From the NCBI GenBank assembly GCA_010093705.1, contig MU006089.1, forward strand, positions 3,516,173 through 3,580,172: DNA of 64,000 bases. The letters are read 5' to 3'. The DNA is from Patellaria atrata CBS 101060 (taxonomy: Eukaryota). The notes beneath the pieces are model-generated. The model saw nothing but the letters and a program-made list of their open reading frames with translations, ran no database searches and had not been told where the DNA came from. Positions 25,024 to 36,574 of this stretch are shown piece by piece (position 1 is the stretch's first letter; the number at the start of each line of letters is the position of its first letter). Both the position numbers and the translations under genes were made by a program.

Positions 25024-26764
25024 TTACTCCATCCATTCCCCGGACAGCCATCTGTTGAGCATATCTAAGCTAGCAGCGGGTTGGTTATATGGTACCATAT
25101 GACCAGCAGCATGAAGTCTCAAGAAAGTGAAGTTTCCACTCGACTTTACCGAACCAATCTTGCTTCCATCATCTGAAAGTTTGAGATCCTTCGTCTCCGC
25201 TTTGTTGTAAGCTTTTTGCCCTGGCCATTCGAGAGCCTCCATCCATGCCTTGTTGCCAAGCCAATTGCAGATATAGTCCGCATCACCCTAATAGCACGAT
25301 TAATTTATGTTTACAACGAGAGAGATTTCAAACTTACAGCATAGATAAGAACTGGAATTTGCTCCAAAAGTCCAGGTACTAGACGATGGTACGGTTGCAT
25401 CCAATCGCCTTGGAAAAGGAAGTTACGGTTAATGTCAAAGTTGCAGCTATCATAGCTGGAAACCTCAGCACCAACAGCTTTCTGGACATCCTTCCTGTTT
25501 AAGTACTTGCTGATATAACCTAATTCGCTGTAACAAAGATTGCTCGAATCCTCACACTTGCCACGGACATCATAAACATTCTGTCCAGTACGTTGGTAGG
25601 GACCAATTAAGGCGTTATTGCAGTAAATCGATGCTGGGACGCATGACCAGACACTCTCGCTATCGTAACAATTCTGGATGAGATTCGCGCATCGAGGGTA
25701 GGCGTTGTCCATTGCCTGGCATTCGCTCGGCCCAAGCACAGCAGGCCAGCCACCATCGCCGCATGCCATTGGTCTGTAGTATTCATACTGAGTTAAACCG
25801 TCAGTGAGACCGTTGCCGATAAGGGCCGACTTTAGGTTAATATTCCGCTTCTTGTGTGACAAGATTTCGGATGCAAAGACCGGAATATAATGTCCAGCGT
25901 ATGATTCCCCAGCGATGTGAAAGTCTTGCTTCGCATACTCGGGGAACTGTTTGAAGAAAAGGGTAAGGAGGGCATAGATATCTTTGCCAGCAGCAATGGT
26001 ATTGCTGACGGAACCACCACTATAGGAGAATCCGACGTTGACTGGTTGATCAAGGAAGATAACCGACGCATTCGCGTTCCATGAGTATGGATTATATTTG
26101 ACCTCAATGTTCTTTGTGATGGACGAGGGTCCGAGTTCCATGAAGAGTCCGGTAAGTGAAGAACAACCAGGACCACCGTTCAACCATAGCACCACTGGGT
26201 CATTTTCGGGGTCATTCCTTGATTCAAAGAACCCTGAGTAATGTGGTTAGCCACGCATCAAGGCACAGAAAGGTCGCACTACTTACAATAGAAGAGATGT
26301 TTGTCGTTCTCTTCATCATCTAAATAACCGCTGTATTGCGTCACATTATCAACACCGAGTGATCCTGGATCGACCTTCTTCGTCCTCAGATTGTATTGTT
26401 CCAGCTTCCCATCGAGATCACGCTCTCTCTCGCCATCTGCATTCTCGAACCAGACGCTCTGAACGTCGGCGCCCTTCATGACATGATCCCATTCATGATC
26501 TGGTTTGCGGGAGTGTGGCTTTGGAGCAGAGAAGAAGCTTGCTTGATCAAATGACTCTGGAAACATTAAAGCAACCTCATCCCAGAGAGCACGAGCTTCT
26601 CCTGTGAGCGACTTCAACGACTCTTCTAGGTTCCGAAGCGGCTTCATCCATGATTCGGAAGTGGTAAACTGTTTAGGAAGCTGAAATACTTGCTGAGGAG
26701 GAGCGATGGCAGCAGATGCTGCTCCTACTAGCAGTGTTGATGCAGCAACCCTCATGGTCCTCAT
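25024..26764 (-). CDS. cpyA: Vacuolar carboxypeptidase Y (serine carboxypeptidase S10)
   Basis: Signal and propeptide followed by [36 protein letters not shown] (catalytic Ser), [12 protein letters not shown] and [11 protein letters not shown]. Three exons. The start is either 26764 or 26755. Confidence 0.96.
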
Positions 26765-27161
26765 GGCGATAGCGTAGATTTCGGAGCTACCAGAGCTTCG
26801 AACCGGTAGATAAATGAATATCTAAATAGTGTGTCCTGTTAGATTCAAGTAGTTCCGATGAGATGAAAGGAGATACGAACAGAGACGTATTAAAGCGCTC
26901 TATAGACGAGTTAAGATGTAGTGTTGTGATGGAGAAAGTTAAGGATGAGACGGGAAGCTCTTTGGCGCTGGTATCGCTGAACAGGCAACGGGACTCCGTC
27001 ACGCCGTACGTCAGCCACCTCTAGCTCGCACAGCCACTCCCACTCTCCGATAAGGGTTAGCTCCATTATCATCATCGGTGTCAAACTTCACTGTAGTCCC
27101 CGCAAGAGAATACAATAAAATCTTCTCTTACGACAGAGATTACACGCAGAAGGTATACAAT

Positions 27162-28228
27162 ATGCCTGTTCTAATAAACCAAGTACGTTCAAAGTTTACC
27201 TACAAGATTCGTAGACTAACATCACCTCCAGCCCTCAAATCAAATCAAGCTAACCAATGTCTCACTTGTGCGTATGAAAAAGGGTACATGCTAGAGTTAG
27301 AGAATAAAAGAAATGATCAGCGGGTTAACTATAGACAGGAAAAAAACGTTATGAGATAGCCTGCTACAAGAACAAAGTGCTGGAATGGCGATCCGGCATC
27401 GAAACCGACCTGGATAATGTTCTCCAAATCCCGAATGTCTTCCTCTCCGTCTCTAAAGGCGCTGTTGCACCTCATGCCGATTTAGAAAAGTCGTTTGGGA
27501 AAAATGTCTCTTTAAATGATATCATCCTGGAAATTTTAAAAAAGGGTGAACTGCAAGTTGGGGAGAAAGAGAGAAATGCGCAACTAGAGAGGATACACAA
27601 CGAGGTTGTTGATATTGTGGCAGGGAAGCTGGTGGACCCTAAAACTAAAAGAGTATACACTCATGGTATGATCGAAAAAGCATTGGACCAACTCAGCGCT
27701 GCCGGAGCGAAGGGAGAGGTGAAGTCTGCGGAGAGCAGTAAAGGCACCCCTACCACAAGTGGAACGGCAACCCCAGTGAATGGGGAACTATCCAGTGAAG
27801 GAAGGGGTAAAGAGAGAGAATTACCTAGGTGGACAGGCGTGGTAACTACGAAATCCGCAAAGTTACAGGCACTAGATGCTATGAAAGCGCTCATTGCGCA
27901 TCAGCCTATCCCTGTTTCCAGAGCGAGAATGCGACTTCGCATCACATGCCCAACTAGCATTCTGAAGCAAGCTGTTAAGTCTGCATCTAAGGCTGGAACA
28001 TCCGAGGAAGGAGATCTGGAGACAAAGGCGACTGGAACCGTAAAAGATAGGATATTAAGTTATGTGGAGCAAGTTGAATCGCAAGACGTGATGGGGGATG
28101 AATGGGAAGCTGTAGGGTTCGTAGAACCAGGTGCTTTCAAGCCTCTATCTGAGTTTATTGGTACTCAGACCAAAGGTAGAGCAAGGTCGGAGGTCTTGGA
28201 CATGGCCGTTGTGCATGAAGGGGACTGA
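27162..28228 (+). CDS. SDO1: SBDS-family ribosome maturation protein
   Basis: Spliced N-terminus MPVLINQ|PSNQIKLTNVSLVRMKK|GKKRYEIACYKNKV, then VFLSVSKG, GELQVGEKER, KSAKLQAL and PIPVSRARMRL. Exons 27162-27182, 27232-27283, 27339-28228. Divergent from cpyA. Confidence 0.95.
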
Positions 28229-29023
28229 TGTTATGGACTGGTCCATGTCATTTCTGTTGACATTTAGTCTGAGCAGGCATGATGATGTTCCAGGGATGGA
28301 ATTGATACCCTCTCCCAGGCGTGGATAAAGTTGTGCAGCGATAATAATTCGCTCAGCACATTGCTTCTGGAAATCACGTAAGTCCTGATGGGGCTGTAGT
28401 CGTGCGATCAAGGTTTCTACTTAATACCTCTTTATGCTAGAGTTAGTAACATAACCCTCTCATATTCAACCAAGTTATATCCTTGTCTGTGATGGATAAC
28501 ATTCTTAGTTGTACACTAGTGGTATCTTAATTGCGAAATGTTAATAGATCTCTATTATCTGTAAGGTTCCGTACTGCATAGAAATGTAATTCATTCGTCT
28601 ATCTCGACTTTCCATTATGAAGTCGGAGGTATCTTGATATTGAGCGAATGGGCACGACAGGAGAAGGGTAATGTGTCGAAGCCCGCATGCTAAAAGGAAA
28701 GGAGAAGAGAGTAAAGGCATTTAGTAACAAAGACTACCTTGCTAAGGTAGCGATACTATGCAGTGGCGAACTTCTGAGGTTCTTTTCCACCCCTTTTAAA
28801 TACAGCAGAAACTTTATCTTGACCACTCACCGCGAAAAGCAACTCTTCACTTCCCATTGAACACGAGAATCTGTCTCACCAATATTACGTAGTGTTATAT
28901 CTCTCACTCATATGTCAATCGGCCGATATCCGGCCTACTGAAGTCGCGTGAGCGAAAATTTTCTCCACTATTTATTCTTGATCTCTTATACGCATTTTTC
29001 CAAATCGATCGCTCAACAAAATC

Positions 29024-29111
29024 GCCGGGGTAGCTCAATCGGTAGAGCGTGTGGCTCTTAGTAACCTGCTAGGTCACCTCAAGGTCGCGAGTTCGAGCCT
29101 CGCCTTCGGCT
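29024..29111 (+). tRNA. tRNA-Lys (CTT) with a 15-nt intron (29061-29075)
   Basis: GCCGGGGTAGCTCAATCGGTAGAGCGTGTGGCTCTTA[gtaacctgctaggtc]ACCTCAAGGTCGCGAGTTCGAGCCTCGCCTTCGGCT gives 73 nt after splicing. The intron is at the canonical 37/38 position, and T-runs follow downstream. Confidence 0.92.
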
Positions 29112-29484
29112 TTCGATTTTGTTCTTTTCTTTTTGATTCTTGGATAGTATGGAGCAAAGGCAGCTTACTTGATGCTTTTCTCACCCCTAGGAACTTTTTT
29201 TTAACTGAAGGTTTAACTGTATTTGTCTCTAGAGAGTCAATATTTGGTTACTGAAGCATGATATGCGCTTGTTGTTTTCCTGAACGCGACAAAGATAAGT
29301 TCCCAATACTTCTATTTGACCAATACTTCAATACCTAGTGCTGTACGGTAGAATGATCTTTGGAAAACATGAATTCTAAATGAAATTTATAGCACAGACC
29401 TAACAGTGAGACAGATAACCATCAGAACAACACCACTAGCACCAAACCTAAACCGTTGAGCCACAATGATACTTCTGCTAAAGC

Positions 29485-31485
29485 TTAAGTCTTGGTATGG
29501 AATTCACCATCAGCAATCATCCGTATCCTCTCAGTATACATCATTCGTCTGTGCACCTCAATTCTGCACCATAATAATTTCTCCAACACATTTTTCCTTA
29601 GCTTTAAAAGCTTCAGTGTCAGCTTAGGTTCGCCTCCATCATCACCGATCGATGAAGGGAGCTCTAATTGAACTTTTATAATGATGATAGGTCCTATATG
29701 GTAGTATTCGGCTCGAGGAACTGGCCATAACTGACCCTCGCTACCAACGTCTGATCGAAAACTCTGAAGCGTTGAAAAAGATTCGGATAGGAGAACCCCA
29801 GCTGTCTTTGTTAACGGCTCCTTGTCTAGGAAAGGCCGCTCTTTATCACCTTCGATAGCTTTCATCAACGGCTCATTTCCCACAGGGGGTAAGCTATAGA
29901 CGGAGCGGTAAAGGTCGACTAGTGAGCGGATGTACGAGCTGTCTGCTCGGCTAACGACATCATATTCATTGATTATGTTCATGCAGAGACCAGAACTTGT
30001 CTTTGACTCTCCTTGTTCAAGGATAGAACTGAGATTGGGTGTGATGACAGGTGGAGCACCAAAAGTTATTAAGGAGATTTTCATCCCTGAGTCTGTAAAC
30101 CAAATTATTATGTGAATAAGAGAGATTCCCTCGGAATTTCTACGAAAGGGGATATTGTGGAAAGATAGTTCGGGACTGTTTTTCACGGATAGAAACGTAC
30201 ATTTATCAATGGTGAGGAGCGCATATCTTAAAAATAATAATGATGCAACAGCACCACCAGCGGAGTGACCAGTAAAGATAACGTTCTTCACCCCCTTAGA
30301 CCATGCTTTTTCAAGTTGTTCTTCAACTCGTCCCTTTAAAGCTCGGGCCGCGGTTAGAAATCCTCCGTGGGCACGAACATTGGATAGAGTATGTTCCTCT
30401 TCTGTTTGGAGTACAGATATATCCTGTTAGACAAGTCTCAGTATAGATGTTATGGGATAGGAACCCTAACAATAGGAATGGGCACCCCGTTGGTATGCAA
30501 TTCCGCGTTTTACTGTAATGGAAGGGGAACTTACAATGAAATCATCCACATTCTTTCCTCGGCCATTCAGATTGACCATCGTATCAACACCGCTTGCAGT
30601 CCCCCTAATTGATACAACTAAAGCTGGAAAATGGATATTCCTTTCCTCATCGAGAGCATACCGGTTCACAATATCGAATCTGATAGCTTTGATTGTACCA
30701 TCCAGAGAAGGATACACGATTTTAGTGTTTTCGAATGTATATCCCGGTACGTCGAGTTCATTCTCCGGCTCGTAAATAGAAGCTGAAAGAGCCCAGGTCA
30801 AAGAAACAATATGACCCTCGTTACTCGTACTAAGAGGGGTTTTGTAAGTATGTTTGGTGGGCGAAGGTAACAGCCACCTTAATTCGGGAGCGGAATATTA
30901 AGAACATATTAAGATAGGAATTTTCACAAGAATCTACGCTTACATGTTATAGACATCGCAGTCATCTTCTTGAAGCCTCGAATTCCTATATCTTCCAGCT
31001 TCTTTCTCAAGACGGGACAGCTCGATTCTGACCTGAATATCCGGTTCTACTGATCAAAGTTAGTTTTATAATCGCATACTAGTTCAGGACAAGGAATATC
31101 CTCCAAATGCATGTACGACTCTGAAGGTCGGCTGGTATGTAACCCAGCGGATCTTCCTGATATTCAATACTCATACATAGCGAGAGTAATACGTAGTTAT
31201 ATTGAAGTACAGTACCGTTGATTAGGAATTTTAGAGCTTGAAATAGGGTAAGAACAGCTTACACTCCCAGTCTAACTTTTCTAAAACGCCATCAAGCTCT
31301 TTGCTTAGCTCGGAGATAGCAGCGCTTGCTCCCTGTGAGTTGTGTACAAATGCGAAGCCCGAGTCAGGTATGCCTGTTGCTAGAGCGGATCCTACGGTTG
31401 CAGACCGCCGAATCTGGGGACTTTGGGCAACATATGTTGCGGAAGACTTGATAGTTGAGCGACGGTTTGTCCCAAGAAAACGCAT
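29485..31485 (-). CDS. Lipase class 3 (alpha/beta hydrolase), multi-exon, no signal peptide
   Basis: Motifs LVVSIRGTASGVDTMVNLN, AHGGFL, nucleophile elbow IFTGHSAGG, ITFGAPPV, NEYDVVSR and C-terminal IEVH. Core exons join in frame; the 5' exon structure (31485-31050) is uncertain. Confidence 0.82.
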
Positions 31486-31947
31486 GTCGATTTAAGATAA
31501 GCACCCAGAATAGACCCTAGTTAGTGATAAGAATTCAAAAGATATTGACATGGAGATCATGTAAAGAACTGGTTGAAGCCCCGCAAGTATATGAACAATA
31601 TGATGAGGGCGAGGCTAAGCTACTGTAACATGCTAACATAGCCACCACCTTTGAGATAACACTCTTTTGTTCTCTAGGCATTCTTTAGCCTTCTATGTAT
31701 CTGATTACTTTTACACATAACTAGTAAAGCAAAGATAATTTCGATATGTAATTGTGAGGTGCAAGATGTTACAGAAGTGTAGTGTAATGTAAGTGATTGG
31801 GTGTGGTGGTGATCAGCATCGGGGATTTTTTCCCCTTCTCTTTATTCCAACCTCATACTTGTCCTCCTCTTGAAGAAAGTAAAATTCTTTCATCCAATCG
31901 CACAAAAGAAATCACAATTCGAAGCCTACGAACTGTACTATTTGTAT

Positions 31948-31980
31948 CTTTCTTAGGATTACTTTCTTAGGATTACTTTC
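31948..31980. repeat. Short tandem duplication, 14-bp unit ctttcttaggatta, about 2.3 copies
   Basis: Read directly: ctttcttaggatta ctttcttaggatta ctttc. Confidence 0.85.
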
Positions 31981-32069
31981 TCCGGCTCGACAGAAGCAGT
32001 CATGCTGCTCTGCTCATTCTGGAATACTTCAATACACATTTGAATGCACCAAACATCAAGTCTCCAAAT

Positions 32070-32720
32070 TCATCGCGTCCCTTCGGCTTCATCTGGTCCA
32101 ATGTTTTCCTTATTATCTTCTCCGTAGAATTCTTCATCGCTTTCTTCATTGAATTCATCGTCGCTCTCTTCGTTGAATTCATCTTCGCTGAATTCATCAT
32201 CGCTGTCTTCTTCGATGGCTTCTTCGCTATATTCTTCTTCATCGGGGTCTTCGTAGATGCTTTGATATTCTTCGGAATTTTCTTCACGTACTGCGGTACG
32301 TTCGTATAGTTCGAAATCCTCGCCGAAATGCTGTCTCAGCCAGTGTAAGGCCCACTGCTCTATCTGCGCTGACCCACGCTCCAAGATCCGGAAATATACC
32401 CTTGCCTTACGTTCTAGGCTATCCAGCGTACGATAATTTTGCCATTCAAAGTCCAGGAATGTCACCAATTGTCGTCGGGTATCCCCAACTCTGAGCGCAT
32501 TCTGGTCGATTAGGCTTTGTATTGCGGAGTCGTCCAGACAAGACGCAAGCATTTGACTTCTCTCGTACTGTTCCTCGGGCGTCCCTTTTGTGAGCCATAC
32601 CAGTCGCATAGCAGTTTGGAATATCACGTAGTCGTACGGGCTGAAGAGCTCCAATCTCTCAATATCGGACCAAGTCATTCTGCGGTACAAAATTAGTGAG
32701 CATATTTCACATTGAATCAA
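32070..32720 (-). CDS. Hypothetical protein with an acidic (D/E) repeat tail; last exon of a possibly disrupted gene
   Basis: 216-codon open frame with a predicted acceptor (ctaat...ccgcag) near 32680. The tail EFSEDEFNEESDDEFNEESDEEFYGED comes from degenerate ~21-nt repeats. No family recognised. Confidence 0.45.
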   Translation of the reverse strand: MIQCEICSLILYRRMTWSDIERLELFSPYDYVIFQTAMRLVWLTKGTPEEQYERSQMLASCLDDSAIQSLIDQNALRVGDTRRQLVTFLDFEWQNYRTLDSLERKARVYFRILERGSAQIEQWALHWLRQHFGEDFELYERTAVREENSEEYQSIYEDPDEEEYSEEAIEEDSDDEFSEDEFNEESDDEFNEESDEEFYGEDNKENIGPDEAEGTR

Positions 32721-35700
32721 CGTTAGAGTCTTAACTCTCGTTCTTTTCTACTGACGTCGAAAAACTTGCTTCCTCAGGCTGAGGGTCTCTTGCAGGTTAT
32801 TCACTTACGGGACAGATCTCAGTGGTGGAAATACTATAAGATGGTGGTAACTCGAGTATTTCTTCCTTGTTGACCCGTTTGAATTCATGCCTTTCAAAAA
32901 TTGCACACTCAAAGTTGATCGGATTTAGGACATGCACGCGGAATATGTACCAGTGCCAAACATTGGATGGCGATATCACACGCTTTACATTCCCAATTTT
33001 CGCAAAGCCTCTCCTATTTACTATCCTTCACCTCACACGTAGGCCTTATAACCCAGCAACTCAGTCAAATAATTTCAGCAGCATCAGATTTGATCACTCA
33101 TTTACCTTGTCCGAGGAGACTCTCTGGTACCCTTGCAAAACCACATCTGAAAGCGTTTCTTCATTAGCTTCATGAGTTTAGACATCATAGAGATCCCCTA
33201 TGCCGTTCGGCCGTAGTCTAATTTGTCACTATCCATAGACCTTGATAACGGAGATTAATTTGCTCTCGAACCGTATGACCACTACAGCCCTGCTTCAGTG
33301 AGCCTCCGCAATTCAAACCATATCAATGAGATGGGCGCTATCACGTGGGGATATTACAAGTCTACAATAAGGGATTCCAGAGATACACTCTCCTGCATTA
33401 TTTCTTCACCGCTTTAAGAGTCTCCGCTATAACGCGGCTTTGTTTTCTCGTCTATACCATGCCATGTACCAATCGGTCAAATCACACAAGGAAACGGTAT
33501 TAATGTTATTAGACGTGAAAATTTCCTGAACGGAGCGGATATCCTCACGTTTGTACGTCCAGATTCCGACATCATGTAAATACACGGGTTAAACCAATTT
33601 CACGATGGTGAAATGGAAGTATATCAACGTCCACATCGCACCAACCATGTCGATCCGCTAGGTTCACGAAATTAAGACCTCGACAAATGTATAACGGTAT
33701 GTTACGTATAGTTCTACTCCCGATACAGACAACTACGGGTTGCTAAACCTATATCAAGATTGAAATTTTACCGCATGTATAGTAGTTAATCAGAAGCAGT
33801 GATGTAATGATCTTGATGTGATAATTGAAGTAATTCCAATCCCACTTTACACTTGTCGTGACGCTTTGAATCCTTATCTACATTCGACTCAAGAGACGGG
33901 GCCATCTCTACGTACTGTACCTATTCTGATTCATGCTTGGTATATTGGTACATTGCATATAAGAACGACGGCTCGTAAGGACAGTACTTTGCTGGCATGA
34001 AATGACAGGTATGAAATGTCGCTGCGTGATGAGAGCATACGGAGAGATTCCTGCGATGAATGTTTGAACCGTTTGATAGACATGTCGATCGTATCAGGGG
34101 CCCAGTTTCATTTTTGAACATCATCTACAAGCAAAGGAGTAGGACTGGTAGAACATTGCATCGTGATCGTCGTAAGGATATCACCTTCAATCTTGCATCC
34201 TGCGGGAATCGATTTTACTCTGAGTACGGGGTGCTGTACAGTCATGCAAGGTTACAATTAGTTGGAGTATTCAGATATTGACTGGATCAAGGTGGAGTTT
34301 GTTGAACGGGCTGTGAGACGACGTTGGTTGGTGTTTAGTGTTGCCGCCGAAAGGTCTGATTGCGTATGACGGCGGGCATGATAATCAACAGGACGAACGT
34401 TGAGTAGTTCCGCGTTTGAAGTTACGTCGAGTACAGCACAGTAATGTTAGCGGGGGGAGGGGGGGGGGAAGCCACCGAGGAGGAAGCGCGCGCTCAGGTG
34501 TCAGGATAATGTATCCGAGTCTACGGGTGAAGACAACAGAGTGGTACAGGTACATGTGCACCGGAATAATGGTAAGGATGGATGGGAAGTTTTGTTTGTT
34601 GAAATGGTTTTGTTGTTTGTCAAAAATGTCAGGAGTCGGGTTCTGCACGTCAGTGAGGCTGAGATGACCAGGCTTCTCCAGGGCTGCTTCGAATGTCCAA
34701 ATGAAGTAAAGTCTACATTCAAAACAAGGCCAAATCGGGTCGTTTCGAATATTCAGGGGGCAATTTTGGCGTAATGTCCATAATGTGGCTAGGAGAAAAT
34801 GAACCATTCAACGTGTTTTATTCCTCCGTTCCTGCAGCAAAGCAGCGGAAGCGAAAAGCGAAAACCTGATCGCTGGGTCTTGAATAATCTGGGAAAACTT
34901 AAACCTACGATACGATAGAAGATTAGAAATTTAAAAGCGCTTCCAACTATGAGCTGCCATGCGTTTTGTGTGTCCTCAATGCCATGCCGTGTCTCCACGC
35001 GCTTCCGTTTCGATATTTACACATGGAGAAAGTGCATAAACTACCCGCCGGGGCAGTACAATAATCTTGTAGACTGTCTTGTACACCGGATCAGTCGGAG
35101 AAGCGAGCAATGCCGAATCTTTCCCCAAGATGCATTATCTTAGTGGCGGTTGACGGCGAGCGATAGGCTTGTTATTCATCGTCTCTTTACACGCTAATTC
35201 TGACCATAATTGGCTGGCATCTCCCATTCTCCCTTTTTCTCATGTTAACCATGGAAAGTGTGGAGAGTTAAGGGAAGTCTCGTTGGTTGTTGATTTTCTT
35301 TATTGGAAATCCAAATATGGGGTGACCTCGTCCGACTCCTGCTTTCATCAACCTCGACACTTCATCAGGTTCTCCTCATCCGAACTCTATATTCAGTCCC
35401 AAGTACGGTACCATACGGTATCTACTACACCTCAGTATCTATCATCTGACTCTAACTCTCCTGCTATACTGAAAACCGACTGTCAATATTTCGCAAGGTC
35501 ATTTTCCAACCACGGATACACGGCGCTTGGACGCGTCTTCAACTCCTGTTACTCCCTCAGCCTGATGAAGTGATCGGCAGTCTCATCCCGCTTATCCTCA
35601 TTTTCTACCTGCACAACGCCTGGGCCAGAGGAAAGTCATAACTCAGAAAACATTCCGTTTCGCAGAATCAGCATTTTGTAAACGCCCATGAGATTCATGT

Positions 35701-36574
35701 GACGTCGAAGGCGAAAATCTATCATCTCCAATATTGTCCCCTTTTCCCATTATTTCATCTCTCTTGCATCTTCCCTCAAACTCCCTCATCCACAAACTTG
35801 CTAAATAAAAGAGGAAAAAAAAAAGGTAAATAAAAAAAGAAAAAAAGAAAACATCTGCGTGTTGGCAAGTATCGGATGTCCAAAAGATCGGCTTCGAGTA
35901 GTGAACTGTATCTGAAGTTTCAGACATAGGACCCTAGAAAGTCCCGATGATACTGGAAGGCGCCGATGCCAGATGCACCTACTTCCATAGGTTCCATGTT
36001 GCCCGATCCGCTCGGACGGTCTTAACTTTTCTGACTCTTTGACTTACCTCGTTAACTCGTCAACTCGTCTACTTCGTATCCCTACCCTTGTTTCCTTCCA
36101 AGGCCGTTCCTGGACGTTTCCTGATTTGCGTCATCGCTTACGCTTATACAAAACCCTTCAGAGGGCTCGCCTTCCTATATCTTCTCGCGTCATGTCCTCA
36201 ACTCTCATAGCATTTTTCTAGTAAGGACCGACGGAGTGGTACACCAACCCAAATCTATCATACATACTGACATCTATCCCCAGTGTAGCTCCATACTGTG
36301 CCAGAAAAGTTGAGCTATTTGGATCTTGGGATAACTTTTCCACCCCATATCCCATGCAAAAGGATTCCCGTCGTGGAGAACGTAATTGGAAAGGCTGTCA
36401 TACCTTCCACGATATAATCTGTGACGGTGATGGTCATCTCGTCGATGGGAAAAGGGAAGGAGGTCTGAAGATGGGTGGTACTTACTGGTATTATGTACGC
36501 TATCCATTTGATCTTTCCATTATCTATTATCCACTGGTATTGACCACTTTTCACAGTATAGATTGGATGAGGAT

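Noticed and set aside
32000..32287. Lys/Met-rich 95-aa ORF
   Set aside because: Alternative frame of the acidic repeat region.
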